Of a stretch of DNA of 58,001 nucleotides, positions 42,070 through 51,416 are shown piece by piece. Origin of the DNA: Chromatiales bacterium (lineage in GTDB: Bacteria; Pseudomonadota; Gammaproteobacteria; CAMYNG01); contig JALSIK010000281.1 in the NCBI GenBank assembly GCA_026990045.1, positions 1-58,001 on the forward strand, read 5' to 3'. The notes under the pieces were generated by a model. That model saw only the letters and a list, made by a program, of their open reading frames with translations, was not told the origin of the DNA and did no database searches. Every line of letters begins with the position of its first letter. Position 1 is the first letter of the stretch. Position numbers and translations under genes: made by a program.

Positions 42070-42744
42070 TCACCGGCTGTGATACACGACGATGTCCATG
42101 CCGTGGGCCTCGATCATGCCGTCCTCGGCCATCTGGCGCAGGACGCGGCCCACGGTCTCGCGCGAGCAGCCCACGATGCGGGCGATCTCCTGGCGCGAGA
42201 TGTGGATCTGGGTGCCCTCGGGGTGGGACATGGCATCGGGCTCGTGGCACATGTCCAGCAGGGTGCGGGCGATGCGCCCGGCCACGTCCATGGTGGTGAG
42301 CTGGCTCACGCGGCGGCTGGTCTTGAGCAGGCGCTCGCACAACTGCAGGCCCACCGCGTACATGATGGCGGCCTCGTACTCCTTCAGCGCGCCCTTGAAC
42401 AGGGCCCGCAGGCGGTTGTAGCTGATGATGGCCAGCTCGCACTGGGTGCGGGCCCGCACCTGCGCCGTGCGCCGCGGCAGCTTGTAGAACAGGCCCACCT
42501 CGCCGATGAAGTCGCCGGACTTGAGATAGGACAGCACCACCTCGTTGCCTTCCTCGTCCAGGGCGGTGACCGAGACCGAGCCGCTGACCAGGTAGTAGAG
42601 GGTGTCGGCGGGATCGCCGGCCCGGAACACCACGCCCTTCTTGCGCACCGTGCGCCGGGCGCAGAAGGACAGCAGGCGCTCGATGGCCTCGGTGTCCACC
42701 GGGCGGACTTCCGAAGACAGCAGGTCGTCGGCGATGAGCGGCAT
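42070..42744 (-). CDS. crp: cAMP receptor protein (CRP/Vfr family global regulator)
   Basis: ATG at 42744. cNMP pocket ..GDFIGEVGLF..RRTAQVRA... The recognition helix region RQEIARIVGCSRETVGRVL is nearly identical to E. coli CRP RQEIGQIVGCSRETVGRIL. Confidence 0.9.
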   Translation of the reverse strand: MPLIADDLLSSEVRPVDTEAIERLLSFCARRTVRKKGVVFRAGDPADTLYYLVSGSVSVTALDEEGNEVVLSYLKSGDFIGEVGLFYKLPRRTAQVRARTQCELAIISYNRLRALFKGALKEYEAAIMYAVGLQLCERLLKTSRRVSQLTTMDVAGRIARTLLDMCHEPDAMSHPEGTQIHISRQEIARIVGCSRETVGRVLRQMAEDGMIEAHGMDIVVYHSR

Positions 42745-43030
42745 GACAGCTCCCCACGTCTGGCAGGCTGCGAAAGGGCGGTTCCGGCTTGTGCCCCACC
42801 GTGGCGCCCGGTGCCGGCAGGACACCTGCCTCAGCGCTGTATAGCGTTCGATACTACCAAAGTATTAGCGGAATGGCCCCACGATCCGGTCCGCCGCTTT
42901 CGATCACAAATTGGCAACTGATTGTTTTTGCCGCCCTTTGTTTTCGAGTCCCGCAAAGGGGCCGCCATTCGTCGCGGGGGCGGGGCGATGCAAAGGTTTT
43001 GTCTCCGCCGGTGCCGCCCGGGCAAAAAAG

Positions 43031-43046
43031 TGTCGCGGCGATCACA
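43031..43046. promoter_or_regulatory. CRP-like site TGTCG-cggcga-TCACA
   Basis: 8 of 10 half-site positions match. Lies in the 409-nt crp/cysC divergent region, 108 nt upstream of the cysC ATG. Confidence 0.3.
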
Positions 43047-43153
43047 AAAACCGGCCGCCGCGCGCGCGGGGTGCCCGCTATATTTCCCGTCACCATGCCG
43101 CAGGGACGCCGCGTTCGTTCATGCGTGATGACACTGCGGAGGTGGCAGCGACA

Positions 43154-43780
43154 ATGAGTACTGTAATGCAGACCAAAGTGGCCGTGCCCGGCGCCACGGA
43201 GGTGTATCCGCACCGCGGCTGCATCACCCGCCGGCGCCGCAACCGCCGCCACGGCCACCGCAGCGGGGTGGTGTGGCTCACCGGCCTGTCCGGGGCGGGC
43301 AAGTCCACCATCGCCGCGGCGGTGGAGGCGGAGCTGTTCGAAGCGGGCTGGCTGGTCACGGTGCTCGACGGCGACACCCTGCGCGCCGGGCTCAACAGTG
43401 ATCTCGATTTTTCCGCCGCCGCGCGCGAGGAGAACCTGCGCCGGGCCGGCGAGGTGGCGCTGCTGCTGGCCGAGGCGGGCTACGTCGTGCTGGCCACGTT
43501 CATCTCTCCGCACCAGGCCGGGCGCGAGGCGGTGCGCCGCGTCGTCGGCGACGACTTCCACCTGGTGCACGTGCGCGCGCGGCTGGAGGACTGCATCGCC
43601 CGCGATCCCAAGGGGCTGTACCGCCGCGCGCTGGCCGGTGCCATCCCCGACTTCACCGGCATCGGCCAGGCCTACGAGGAGCCGCCGGACGCGGACCTGA
43701 TCCTGGACACCTCCGGCGCCGACGTGGAGGCCTGCCGCCGCACCCTGGCCGGGTTCATCCGCGGGCGGTTCGCGCTGTGA
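43154..43780 (+). CDS. cysC: adenylyl-sulfate (APS) kinase
   Basis: ..GVVWLTGLSGAGKSTIA.. ..LDGDTLRAGLNSDLDFS.. ..RDPKGLYRRALAGAIPDFTGI... Confidence 0.9.
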   Translation: MSTVMQTKVAVPGATEVYPHRGCITRRRRNRRHGHRSGVVWLTGLSGAGKSTIAAAVEAELFEAGWLVTVLDGDTLRAGLNSDLDFSAAAREENLRRAGEVALLLAEAGYVVLATFISPHQAGREAVRRVVGDDFHLVHVRARLEDCIARDPKGLYRRALAGAIPDFTGIGQAYEEPPDADLILDTSGADVEACRRTLAGFIRGRFAL

Positions 43781-45021
43781 ACGTGCGGCCGGCGTCCGGG
43801 GCCGCGGGCGTGCCGGAGACCGCCGCCCGCGTGGGCCTGCTGGACCTGTTTCTCACCTTCCTGCGCCTGGGCAGCGTGGCCTTCGGCGGCTACATGAGCC
43901 TCATCTCGGTGGTGGAGAACACCGTGGTGCGCAAGCGCCGCCTGCTGGATGCCGGGACCATGCTCGACGGCATCGCCCTGGCCAACCTGCTGCCCGGTCC
44001 CATCGCCGTCAACGTGGTGGCCTACGTGGGCCACCGCCTGCGCGGCGTGCCCGGCGCCATCGCCGCCGCCGGCGGCGTGACCCTGCCCGCCTTCGTCCTG
44101 CTGGTGGTGCTGAGCGAGCTCTATTTCCGCTACGGCGGCCTGCCTGCCTTCCAGAAGGTCTTCGCCGGCATCATCCCGGCGGTGGCCGCCGTCGTCCTGG
44201 TCACGGTCTGGCGCCTGGGACGCAAGACCCTCACCGGCGGCCGCGAGGTGCTGCTGGCGGTGGTCGCGGCGGCGGTCATGCTGGGCCTGCCCCGCAGCCA
44301 CGCGGTGTACGCCCCGCTGCTGGCGCTGGCCGCCGGCGGCCTGGCCGGGGCCTGGTGGTTCCGGCCCGCCGCCGCCACCGGCGCGGCGGACACCCGCGCC
44401 GCCCTGCGCCGCCTGGCCCCGGCGCTGGGGCTGGCCGCGCTCCTCGTCGGGGCCTTCCTGTTTCCGCCGCCCCTGGCCCGCGACGGGGTGGCCTTCATCG
44501 CGCTGACCTTCGCCGGCATGAGCCTGCTGCTGTTCGGCGGCGGTTACGTGTTCATCCCGGTGATGGGCTCGCTGGTGGTGCTGCAGCTGGGCTGGCTGAG
44601 CCAGCAGGAGTTCGTGGACGGCATCGCCCTGGGCCAGCTCACGCCGGGACCCATCGTCATCACCGCCACCTTCATCGGCTACAAGGTGGCGGGCCTGGCC
44701 GGGGCCGCGGCGGCCACCGTGGCCATCTTCGGCGTGCCGGCGGCCATGATGCTGCTCGCCGCCCACGCCCTGGACGCGGTGCGCGGCGCCCCCCGCGTGC
44801 AGGCGGTGACCCGCGGCCTGCACTGTGCGGTGGTGGGCCTCATCTTCGTCGCCGGCGTGGTGATCCTGCGCTCGGCGCTGCCGGCCGGACCCGCCGCACC
44901 GGCGGACTGGCTGCTCCCGCTGGGGATCTTCGCCGCCGCCCTGGCGGCGCTGGGGCGCTTCCGCCTCGACGTGGTGTGGGTCATCCCGGCGGCGGGCGCG
45001 CTCGGCTACCTGCTGCTCTGA
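43777..45021 (+). CDS. chrA: chromate-ion-transporter (CHR/ChrA) family membrane protein
   Basis: The GTG start overlaps the cysC stop (GTGA). Two CHR repeats (..FLRLGSVAFGGYMS.. ..ALANLLPGPIAVN.. and ..FGGGYVFIPVM.. ..LGQLTPGPIVITATFIGY..). Confidence 0.8.
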   Translation: MNVRPASGAAGVPETAARVGLLDLFLTFLRLGSVAFGGYMSLISVVENTVVRKRRLLDAGTMLDGIALANLLPGPIAVNVVAYVGHRLRGVPGAIAAAGGVTLPAFVLLVVLSELYFRYGGLPAFQKVFAGIIPAVAAVVLVTVWRLGRKTLTGGREVLLAVVAAAVMLGLPRSHAVYAPLLALAAGGLAGAWWFRPAAATGAADTRAALRRLAPALGLAALLVGAFLFPPPLARDGVAFIALTFAGMSLLLFGGGYVFIPVMGSLVVLQLGWLSQQEFVDGIALGQLTPGPIVITATFIGYKVAGLAGAAAATVAIFGVPAAMMLLAAHALDAVRGAPRVQAVTRGLHCAVVGLIFVAGVVILRSALPAGPAAPADWLLPLGIFAAALAALGRFRLDVVWVIPAAGALGYLLL

Positions 45022-45059
45022 CATTCCCGTTTTCATCCACGACCAAGGGAGGACTGGCG

Positions 45060-46070
45060 ATGCAAGCCGTGTTCATGGTGGGCGAACAGCGCTCCGGTTC
45101 CAACCTGCTGCGCCTGATGCTGGATGCCTCGGGCGAGGTGGCCGCGCCCCATCCGCCGCACATCCTGCAGCGCATGATGCCGCTGCTCCCGCACTACGGT
45201 GACCTCGCCGACGAGGCCCGCTTCGCCCGCCTCGTCCACGACGTGTGCCGGCTGGTGGAACTCAACCCGGTGCCGTGGGAAGGGGTGGTGCCCCTGGACC
45301 GCTCCGCGGTGCGCGCGCGCTGCCGCGAGCGCAGCCTGGTGGCGGTGTTCGGGGCGGTGATGGACCTCTACGCCGAGGCGCGCGGGGCCCGGGCCTGGCT
45401 GTGCAAGAGCATGCAGAACGTGCGCTGGGCCGACGCGCTGGACGCCTACTTCGACGATGCCCGGTTCATCTACCTGCACCGCGACCCGCGCGACGTGGTG
45501 CTGTCCTTCATGCGCGCGGTCATCGGCGACAAGCATCCCTACTTCATCGCGCGCCAGTGGGTGGAGCTGCAGCGGCTGTGCCTCGATGCCCGCGAGCGGC
45601 TGGGGCCGGACAAGGTCTTCACCGTGAGCTACGAGGCCCTGACCCGCGAGCCGGAACCCGTGCTGCGGCGCCTGTGCGGCTTCCTCGGCATCCGGTTCAC
45701 GCCGGCCATGCTGGAGCCCCACCGCACGCCGGAGGCCGCGCGCAGCGCCGCCGCCAGCCAGCTCTGGGCCAACCTCGACCGGCCCATCATGGCCGGCAAC
45801 TCGCAGAAGTTCCGCGGCCGCATGAGCGACGAAGACCTGGAGATGGTGGAGTCCCTGGCCGGGCCGGTGATGGACGCGCTGGGCTACGAGCGGGTGCGGG
45901 TGAGGCCGGGCGCGGAGCGCACCTGGAGCGAGGCCGAGATCGCCGCGTTCGCCGAGGACAACGCCCGGCGCAAGGCCGAGCGCCGGGCCGCCACCGATCC
46001 CGAGGACCTGAGGCGGCGCCGCAACCAGGAACGGCTGCTGGAGGAGATCCGCGCCCGCACCGCGGCGTGA
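45060..46070 (+). CDS. PAPS-dependent sulfotransferase-family protein
   Basis: AAGGGAGGA RBS. The 5'-PSB-like loop is FMVGEQRSGSNLL and the 3'-PB-like region is ..FIYLHRDPRDVVLSF... C-terminal charged tail. Confidence 0.75.
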   Translation: MQAVFMVGEQRSGSNLLRLMLDASGEVAAPHPPHILQRMMPLLPHYGDLADEARFARLVHDVCRLVELNPVPWEGVVPLDRSAVRARCRERSLVAVFGAVMDLYAEARGARAWLCKSMQNVRWADALDAYFDDARFIYLHRDPRDVVLSFMRAVIGDKHPYFIARQWVELQRLCLDARERLGPDKVFTVSYEALTREPEPVLRRLCGFLGIRFTPAMLEPHRTPEAARSAAASQLWANLDRPIMAGNSQKFRGRMSDEDLEMVESLAGPVMDALGYERVRVRPGAERTWSEAEIAAFAEDNARRKAERRAATDPEDLRRRRNQERLLEEIRARTAA

Positions 46071-46107
46071 CCGGCACCGTGGCCGGGCCGGCCCGCGCGG
46101 CGCCCGG

Positions 46108-46698
46108 TCAAGGCGGGGGCGAGAACGCCATGTGAGCGAGCAGGCTTTGCCAGGTCGCGTCCGTGAGGCGGCCCGCGATCTTGTACAGCCTGGCGTGTCC
46201 GTCGGCGGCGATGTACAGGACGTTGTTCAGGGGATCGGGATGGACGATGCGCCAGGCGGTGAGCTTGCCACGCCGGGCGACCGTGACGGTCGCGGCGTCG
46301 TCGAAACCGAGCAGGGCGAAGGCCCGGGCCAGGCGGTCATCGGGTGGCGGATGGGCCAGCAGGCGCAGGAGGTCGGGCAGGTTGCCAATGCCGTGACGGC
46401 GGTGGAGCCCGTCTCGTTCCAGCACGGCCAGAACCGGGGCGGGATCCTCGTGGAGCAGATGGATGCCGCCAGCGGCCGAATCGGGGGCGGGCAACAAGGT
46501 CAGCGCCGGCGTGCCGATGTCGGGGACCAGGATCCGTCGCGCCAGCCCGGCCGGTATCTGCATTTCGATGTGGTCATACTGGATCAGGACACAGCCCGTG
46601 CAGGGCGCCCGTGGCGGCCAGGAGACGTGTTTCGGCGCCGGCACGGCCATGGCCGCACCGGCCATGAGGAACAGGACGAGACCGAACAGCGAACGCAT
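46108..46698 (-). CDS. secreted hypothetical protein
   Basis: The ATG at 46698 gives MRSLFGLVLFLMAGAAMAVPAP. No recognisable motif. Confidence 0.5.
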   Translation of the reverse strand: MRSLFGLVLFLMAGAAMAVPAPKHVSWPPRAPCTGCVLIQYDHIEMQIPAGLARRILVPDIGTPALTLLPAPDSAAGGIHLLHEDPAPVLAVLERDGLHRRHGIGNLPDLLRLLAHPPPDDRLARAFALLGFDDAATVTVARRGKLTAWRIVHPDPLNNVLYIAADGHARLYKIAGRLTDATWQSLLAHMAFSPPP

Positions 46699-46824
46699 GG
46701 CGCCAGGGCTCCGGTGACGGCGATCCCTCGTTGGCGGCCCGGGGCCGCTCCCACAGGTGGCGGGTGCCTCCGTACACACCTTGCATGAACGGCCGGGCGC
46801 CGCGGCGGATTCGGGGGCAACCAG

Positions 46825-46852
46825 CCGCCAGCCCCCGGCCGCCAGCCCCCGG
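46825..46852. repeat. exact tandem 14-mer x2 (CCGCCAGCCCCCGG; minus strand CCGGGGGCTGGCGG)
   Basis: Counted directly. Lies 7 nt downstream of the prk stop on the prk sense strand. Confidence 0.9.
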
Positions 46853-46859
46853 AACCCCT

Positions 46860-47756
46860 TTATTTCTTCTTCGCCTTGCGGCTCTTGCTGATGAGCTCCT
46901 CGATGATGGGGGTGAGGATCAGCTCCATGGCGAAGCCCATCTTGCCGCCGGGCACGACGATGGTGTTGGGCCGCGACATGAAGGAGTTGTGGATCATGTT
47001 GAGCAGGTAGGGGAAGTCCACCCCCTTGGGCTTGCGGAAGCGGATCACCACGAAGCTCTCGTCCGGCGTCGGGATGTCGCGGGCGATGAAGGGGTTGGAG
47101 GTGTCCACCGTGGGCACGCGCTGGAAGTTGATGTCGGTGCGCGAGAACTGCGGCGTGATGTAATTGACGTAGTCCGGCATGCGCCGCAGGATGGTGTCCA
47201 CGATGGCCTCGGCCGAGTAACCGCGCTGGGCGTTGTCGCGGAAGATCTTCTGGATCCACTCCAGGTTGACGATGGGGACCACGCCCACCAGCAGGTCCAC
47301 GTGCCTGGCCACGTTGGCGGTGTCGGTGACCACGCCCCCGTGCAGGCCCTCGTAGAACAGGAGGTCGGTCCCGGGCGGGATGTCCTCCCACGGGGTGAAC
47401 TGTCCCGGCTTGAGGTCGGTGCCCAGGCGGGCGTTGTGCTCGGCGGCCTCCTCGTCGCTGTGGAGGTAGTAACGCCGCTGGCAGGCCCCGGTCTCGCCGT
47501 AGACGCGGAAGGTCTCCTCCAGCTTCTCGAACAGGTTGGCCTCGGGGCCGAAGTGCGAGAGCTGCTTGCCCTGCTGGGCGAACTCCTCGATGGCCTTCTT
47601 CATGGCCTGGCGGTCGTACTTGTGGAAGCTGTCGCCCTCGATCACCAGCGGGTTGATCTTCTCGCGGTAGAAGATGTGTTCGAAGGCGTTCTTGACCGTG
47701 GTGGTGCCCGCGCCCGACGAGCCCGTCACCGCGATGATGGGATGTTTCTGCGACAT
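46860..47756 (-). CDS. prk: phosphoribulokinase
   Basis: MSQKHPIIAVTGSSGAGTTT.. ..LFYEGLHGG.. ..LLVGVVPIVNLEWIQK.. ..YITPQFSRTDINFQRVPTVDTSNPF.., collinear with bacterial PrkB/CbbP. Confidence 0.9.
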   Translation of the reverse strand: MSQKHPIIAVTGSSGAGTTTVKNAFEHIFYREKINPLVIEGDSFHKYDRQAMKKAIEEFAQQGKQLSHFGPEANLFEKLEETFRVYGETGACQRRYYLHSDEEAAEHNARLGTDLKPGQFTPWEDIPPGTDLLFYEGLHGGVVTDTANVARHVDLLVGVVPIVNLEWIQKIFRDNAQRGYSAEAIVDTILRRMPDYVNYITPQFSRTDINFQRVPTVDTSNPFIARDIPTPDESFVVIRFRKPKGVDFPYLLNMIHNSFMSRPNTIVVPGGKMGFAMELILTPIIEELISKSRKAKKK

Positions 47757-47933
47757 AGCGATTCCTCGACCGATATCCAAGCCACGGGCCCCGGCGGCGG
47801 TCCCCCGCCCCGGCGCGAAGGCGCGTATTCTAATTCAGTATGCGGGCACAGGTCATCCCGCCCGCATCCCGGATTCGGCGCCGGGTCGGGGCCGGCTGAC
47901 GGGAAATCAATGGGTTGCGGTGTCCGCCCGGGA

Positions 47934-49226
47934 TCACGCGGACGGCGCAGCCTCGCGGGCGATGGCCCGGTGACCGATGTCGCGCCGGTAATGGGCCCCG
48001 GGCCAGTGTATGCCTTCCACCACCGCGTAGGCGCGCCGGGCCGCCGCGGCCACCGTCTCGCCCAGGGCGGTGACGCACAGGACCCGGCCGCCGGCGGTGA
48101 CCACCCGGCCGTCACGCAGGGCGGTGCCGGCGTGGAAGACCTTGGTCTCCGGGGTGTCCGCCGGCAGCCCCTCGATGACGTCGCCCTTGCGGCAGGGGCC
48201 GGGATAGCCCTCCGCCGCCATCACCACGCCCAGGGCCGCGCGCGGGTCCCACTGCGCCGCCACCGCGTCCAGGCGCCCGTCCAGGGCGGCCTGGCACAGG
48301 GCCACCAGGTCCGAGCGCAGGCGCATGAGAATGGGCTGGGTCTCGGGGTCGCCGAAGCGCACGTTGAACTCCAGGACCCGGGGGGTGCCGGCGGCGTCGA
48401 TCATGAGGCCGGCATAGAGGAAACCGGTGAAGGGACAGCCCTCGGCCGCCAGGCCCGCCACCGTGGGCCGGATGACCTCCTCCAGGATGCGGCGGTGGAC
48501 CTCCGGGGTCACCACCGGCGCCGGCGAGTAGGCCCCCATGCCGCCGGTGTTGGGACCCGTGTCCCCCTCGCCCACCGGCTTGTGGTCCTGGGAGCTGGCC
48601 AGGGGCAGCACGTGCTCCCCGTCCACCAGGCAGATGAAGCTGGCCTCCTCGCCGGTGAGGCATTCCTCGATGACCACCCGGTGGCCGGCCTCGCCGAAGG
48701 CGTTGCCCGCCAGCATGTCGCGCACCGCGGCCTCGGCCTCGTCCAGCTCCCGGGCCACCACCACGCCCTTGCCCGCGGCCAGGCCGTCGGCCTTGACCAC
48801 GATGGGTGCCCCCCGGGCGCGCAGGTACTCCAGGGCCGGTGCCACCTCGGTGAAGGTGGCGTAGGCGGCGGTGGGGATGCGGTGGCGGGCCAGGAAATCC
48901 TTGGTGAAGGCCTTGGAGCCCTCCAGCCGCGCGGCCGCCGCGGTGGGGCCGAAGCAGCGCAGGCCGGCCGCGGCGAAGCGGTCCACGATGCCGGCCACCA
49001 GCGGCGCCTCCGGTCCCACGATGGTGAGGTCCACGCCCTCGTCGCGGGCCAGGGCCAGCAGGCCGTCCAGGTCTTCCGCGGCCACCGCCACGTTGCGCAC
49101 CCCCGGCTCGCGCGCGGTGCCGGCATTGCCCGGCGCCACCAGCACCTCGCGGACCTCCGGCGACTGCGCCGCCTTCCACGCCAGCGCATGCTCGCGCCCG
49201 CCGCCGCCCACGATCAGGATCTTCAT
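47934..49226 (-). CDS. purD: phosphoribosylamine--glycine ligase
   Basis: [18 protein letters not shown].. ..[16 protein letters not shown].. ..[14 protein letters not shown]... Confidence 0.95.
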   Translation of the reverse strand: MKILIVGGGGREHALAWKAAQSPEVREVLVAPGNAGTAREPGVRNVAVAAEDLDGLLALARDEGVDLTIVGPEAPLVAGIVDRFAAAGLRCFGPTAAAARLEGSKAFTKDFLARHRIPTAAYATFTEVAPALEYLRARGAPIVVKADGLAAGKGVVVARELDEAEAAVRDMLAGNAFGEAGHRVVIEECLTGEEASFICLVDGEHVLPLASSQDHKPVGEGDTGPNTGGMGAYSPAPVVTPEVHRRILEEVIRPTVAGLAAEGCPFTGFLYAGLMIDAAGTPRVLEFNVRFGDPETQPILMRLRSDLVALCQAALDGRLDAVAAQWDPRAALGVVMAAEGYPGPCRKGDVIEGLPADTPETKVFHAGTALRDGRVVTAGGRVLCVTALGETVAAAARRAYAVVEGIHWPGAHYRRDIGHRAIAREAAPSA

Positions 49227-49259
49227 GTCATGCTCTCCTCGGTCTCCGGCCACGTCGTC

Positions 49260-49319
49260 CCCGGCAGCCGGCCGCTGGCCGCCCGCCCCATTGATCCCGG
49301 CAGCCGGCCGCTAGCCGCC
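49260..49319. repeat. 24-mer direct repeat x2, period 36 (CCCGGCAGCCGGCCGCT[G/A]GCCGCC)
   Basis: 49260-49283 versus 49296-49319, one mismatch. The mismatch creates the stop codon (CTA on the plus strand, TAG on the minus strand) of CDS 49311..51311. Confidence 0.9.
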
Positions 49320-51311
49320 AGCCCCCTTATTGTTATAAAGCATGTACCGCGCGGTCTCGTAGATGGCCCGGGTCAGCTCCTCCATGCGCGCCGCGCGCAC
49401 CGCCTGCCGCGGGTCGGCGACGAGGTCGCGGCGCGGGGTGTCGCTGTCCAGCCGGTGCAGGTGGCGGTCGCTGCCGTCGGCCCGCATGAGGAAATAGTGG
49501 CCCTCGCCGATGAGTCCCAGCCGCGGGTTGGGACTGTTGAGGATGGTGAAGGCATAGCGCGAGGCGTCGAAGCGCGGATCGAACAGGTCGCGGCCCAGGG
49601 TGGTGTTGCGGTAGCGGCCCAGGATCAGCCCGGCCAGGGTGGGCAGCACGTCCAGCTCCGAGGCCACCTTGTGCTCCACCCGCCCCGGGCCCAGCAGGCG
49701 CGGGGCGTGGATGACGAAGGGCACGCGCAGGGCGTCGAGGCCCAGCTGGGCGTCGGCGGGGCGGCGGTGCTCGCCGGGCCCCGGCAGGCCGTGGTCGCCG
49801 AAGAACACGAACACGGTGTCGTCGTACCAGCCGGAGCGGCGCGCGGCCTCCATGAGCACGCCGATGCTGTAGTCCATGTAACGGAAGGCGTTGTACTCGG
49901 CCAGCGACTGGAAGCCGTAGCGCCGGAGCTCGGCCTCGTCCCGCCGGGCCGGCTCGAAGCCGGGCCGGTCCTCGGGAATGGTGTAGGGACGGTGGTTGCC
50001 CGAGGTCTGGATGATGGCGAAGAACGGCCGCCGGCTGCGGGCCAGCACGGCGTCGGCGGCCAGGAACAGGTGATGGTCGGCGATGCCCCACACGTCCTGG
50101 CGCGGGTAGTCATAGCTGCCTTCCTCGAAGATCCGCAGGCCGGGGATGTTGGCTGCCAGCACGCCGCGGATGTTGCCCCAGTTGGCCGAGCCGCCGAGGA
50201 AGTAGAACTTCTCGTAGCCCTCGAAGTCGGCGATGAGGGTGTGCTGCTCCACCACCAGCGGGTTGCGGCTGGCGGTCTTGATGCGCTCGGGATCGGGGAT
50301 GCCGGTGACGAAGGTGAACACCGAGCGCGCGGTGCCCGGCTGGGGGACGAAGAAGTTGTCGAAGTAGATGCCCTCGCGCGCCACCGCGTCGAAGCGGGGC
50401 GTGGGATCCAGCGGGTTGCCGTAGATCCCGGTCTTGTAGGCGGCGAAGGACTCGAGGATCACCACCACCACGTTGGGCCGGCCGGGCAGGCGCGGCGGGG
50501 CATCCACGCGGCGGGTGAAGTGGAGCCGCGCGCGGTCCGGTTGGTCGATGCCGAGGAATTCCACCATGGTGTCGTAGTGGCGGGCGGTGGCGGCGCGGTC
50601 GAAGGTGACCTGGCGGTTCTTGAGGGTGTCGAAGAAGTGCAGCACCGGGTTCACCGTCACCGCGGCGGCGAAGTAGTGGGTGCTGAAGTAGGCATTGCTC
50701 CAGCGCAGCGGGTACCAGGCGAGCTGGCCGTAGAGGCCCAGCAGGACCAGGACCGCGGTGCCGGCCGACCAGGCGGCCCGGGTCCGCCGCCGCAGCACCG
50801 GCACCGGCGCCGCCGCCAGCCGCTCCTGCAGCCGTCGCACCAGGGCCGCGTGCAGCCAGGCGAACAGGGCCAGGGCCAGGGCGCCCCACACCACCGGGTA
50901 GGTCTGCCACACCATGCCGGCGGAGATGAGCGGGTTGTCGAAGAAGCGCAGGATGGTGGCGTCCAGCGGCCGGTGCAGGTAGCCGTAGAAGCCGTAGTGC
51001 ACGAACCAGGCGAACAGCACCCCGGTCATGGCGGCGGTGAGATAGCGCCGCCACCACGCCGCCGCGGTCCCGCGCAGGGGGTGCAGGCGCCGCCATGGCC
51101 CCAGCACCAGCACCGGCAGCAGGATGATGAGCACCAGGCGCAGGTCGAACTTGGCGCCCAGGTAGAAGGCCCGCAGCAGGTCGGCCCCCGGCAGGGGATC
51201 GGAGGGCTCGTCGAAGGCCAGCCACACGCCCGCCCGCAGGAGGGCCAGGCCGGCCAGCCAGGCCGCCGCCAGCGCGCCGGTGAACCGCAGCAGGGGAGGT
51301 ATCTTCTTCAT
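49311..51311 (-). CDS. LTA-synthase / sulfatase-family membrane protein (phosphoglycerol- or phosphoethanolamine-transferase-like)
   Basis: The ATG at 51311 gives MKKIPPLL... About five N-terminal TM segments, then an alkaline-phosphatase-superfamily domain (..[12 protein letters not shown].. ..[11 protein letters not shown].. ..FFGDHGLPG..). Confidence 0.8.
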   Translation of the reverse strand: MKKIPPLLRFTGALAAAWLAGLALLRAGVWLAFDEPSDPLPGADLLRAFYLGAKFDLRLVLIILLPVLVLGPWRRLHPLRGTAAAWWRRYLTAAMTGVLFAWFVHYGFYGYLHRPLDATILRFFDNPLISAGMVWQTYPVVWGALALALFAWLHAALVRRLQERLAAAPVPVLRRRTRAAWSAGTAVLVLLGLYGQLAWYPLRWSNAYFSTHYFAAAVTVNPVLHFFDTLKNRQVTFDRAATARHYDTMVEFLGIDQPDRARLHFTRRVDAPPRLPGRPNVVVVILESFAAYKTGIYGNPLDPTPRFDAVAREGIYFDNFFVPQPGTARSVFTFVTGIPDPERIKTASRNPLVVEQHTLIADFEGYEKFYFLGGSANWGNIRGVLAANIPGLRIFEEGSYDYPRQDVWGIADHHLFLAADAVLARSRRPFFAIIQTSGNHRPYTIPEDRPGFEPARRDEAELRRYGFQSLAEYNAFRYMDYSIGVLMEAARRSGWYDDTVFVFFGDHGLPGPGEHRRPADAQLGLDALRVPFVIHAPRLLGPGRVEHKVASELDVLPTLAGLILGRYRNTTLGRDLFDPRFDASRYAFTILNSPNPRLGLIGEGHYFLMRADGSDRHLHRLDSDTPRRDLVADPRQAVRAARMEELTRAIYETARYMLYNNKGAGG

Positions 51312-51416
51312 GGATGTGGAGCGCAATGGGGCGGCGCCGCGAGCCGGCGAGTATAGCACAGGGCTCCCGTCCCTCCTGGATGACGCCGGGCGGTGAAGGC
51401 GCTATGGTAGGCGGCC

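Noticed and set aside
41792-42299. ORFs 41792..42082 and 41919..42299 between the PhnD-like gene and crp
   Set aside because: They are built from the 62-nt repeats and REP hairpins (..VPGLRFASSGRR..) and run into the antisense of crp, so they are not credible genes.
46731-51356. 1541-aa plus-strand ORF
   Set aside because: It runs antisense across prk, purD and the LTA-synthase-like gene, all of which have strong family signatures on the minus strand. Its composition is again Gly/Arg/Ala/Pro/His-rich noise.
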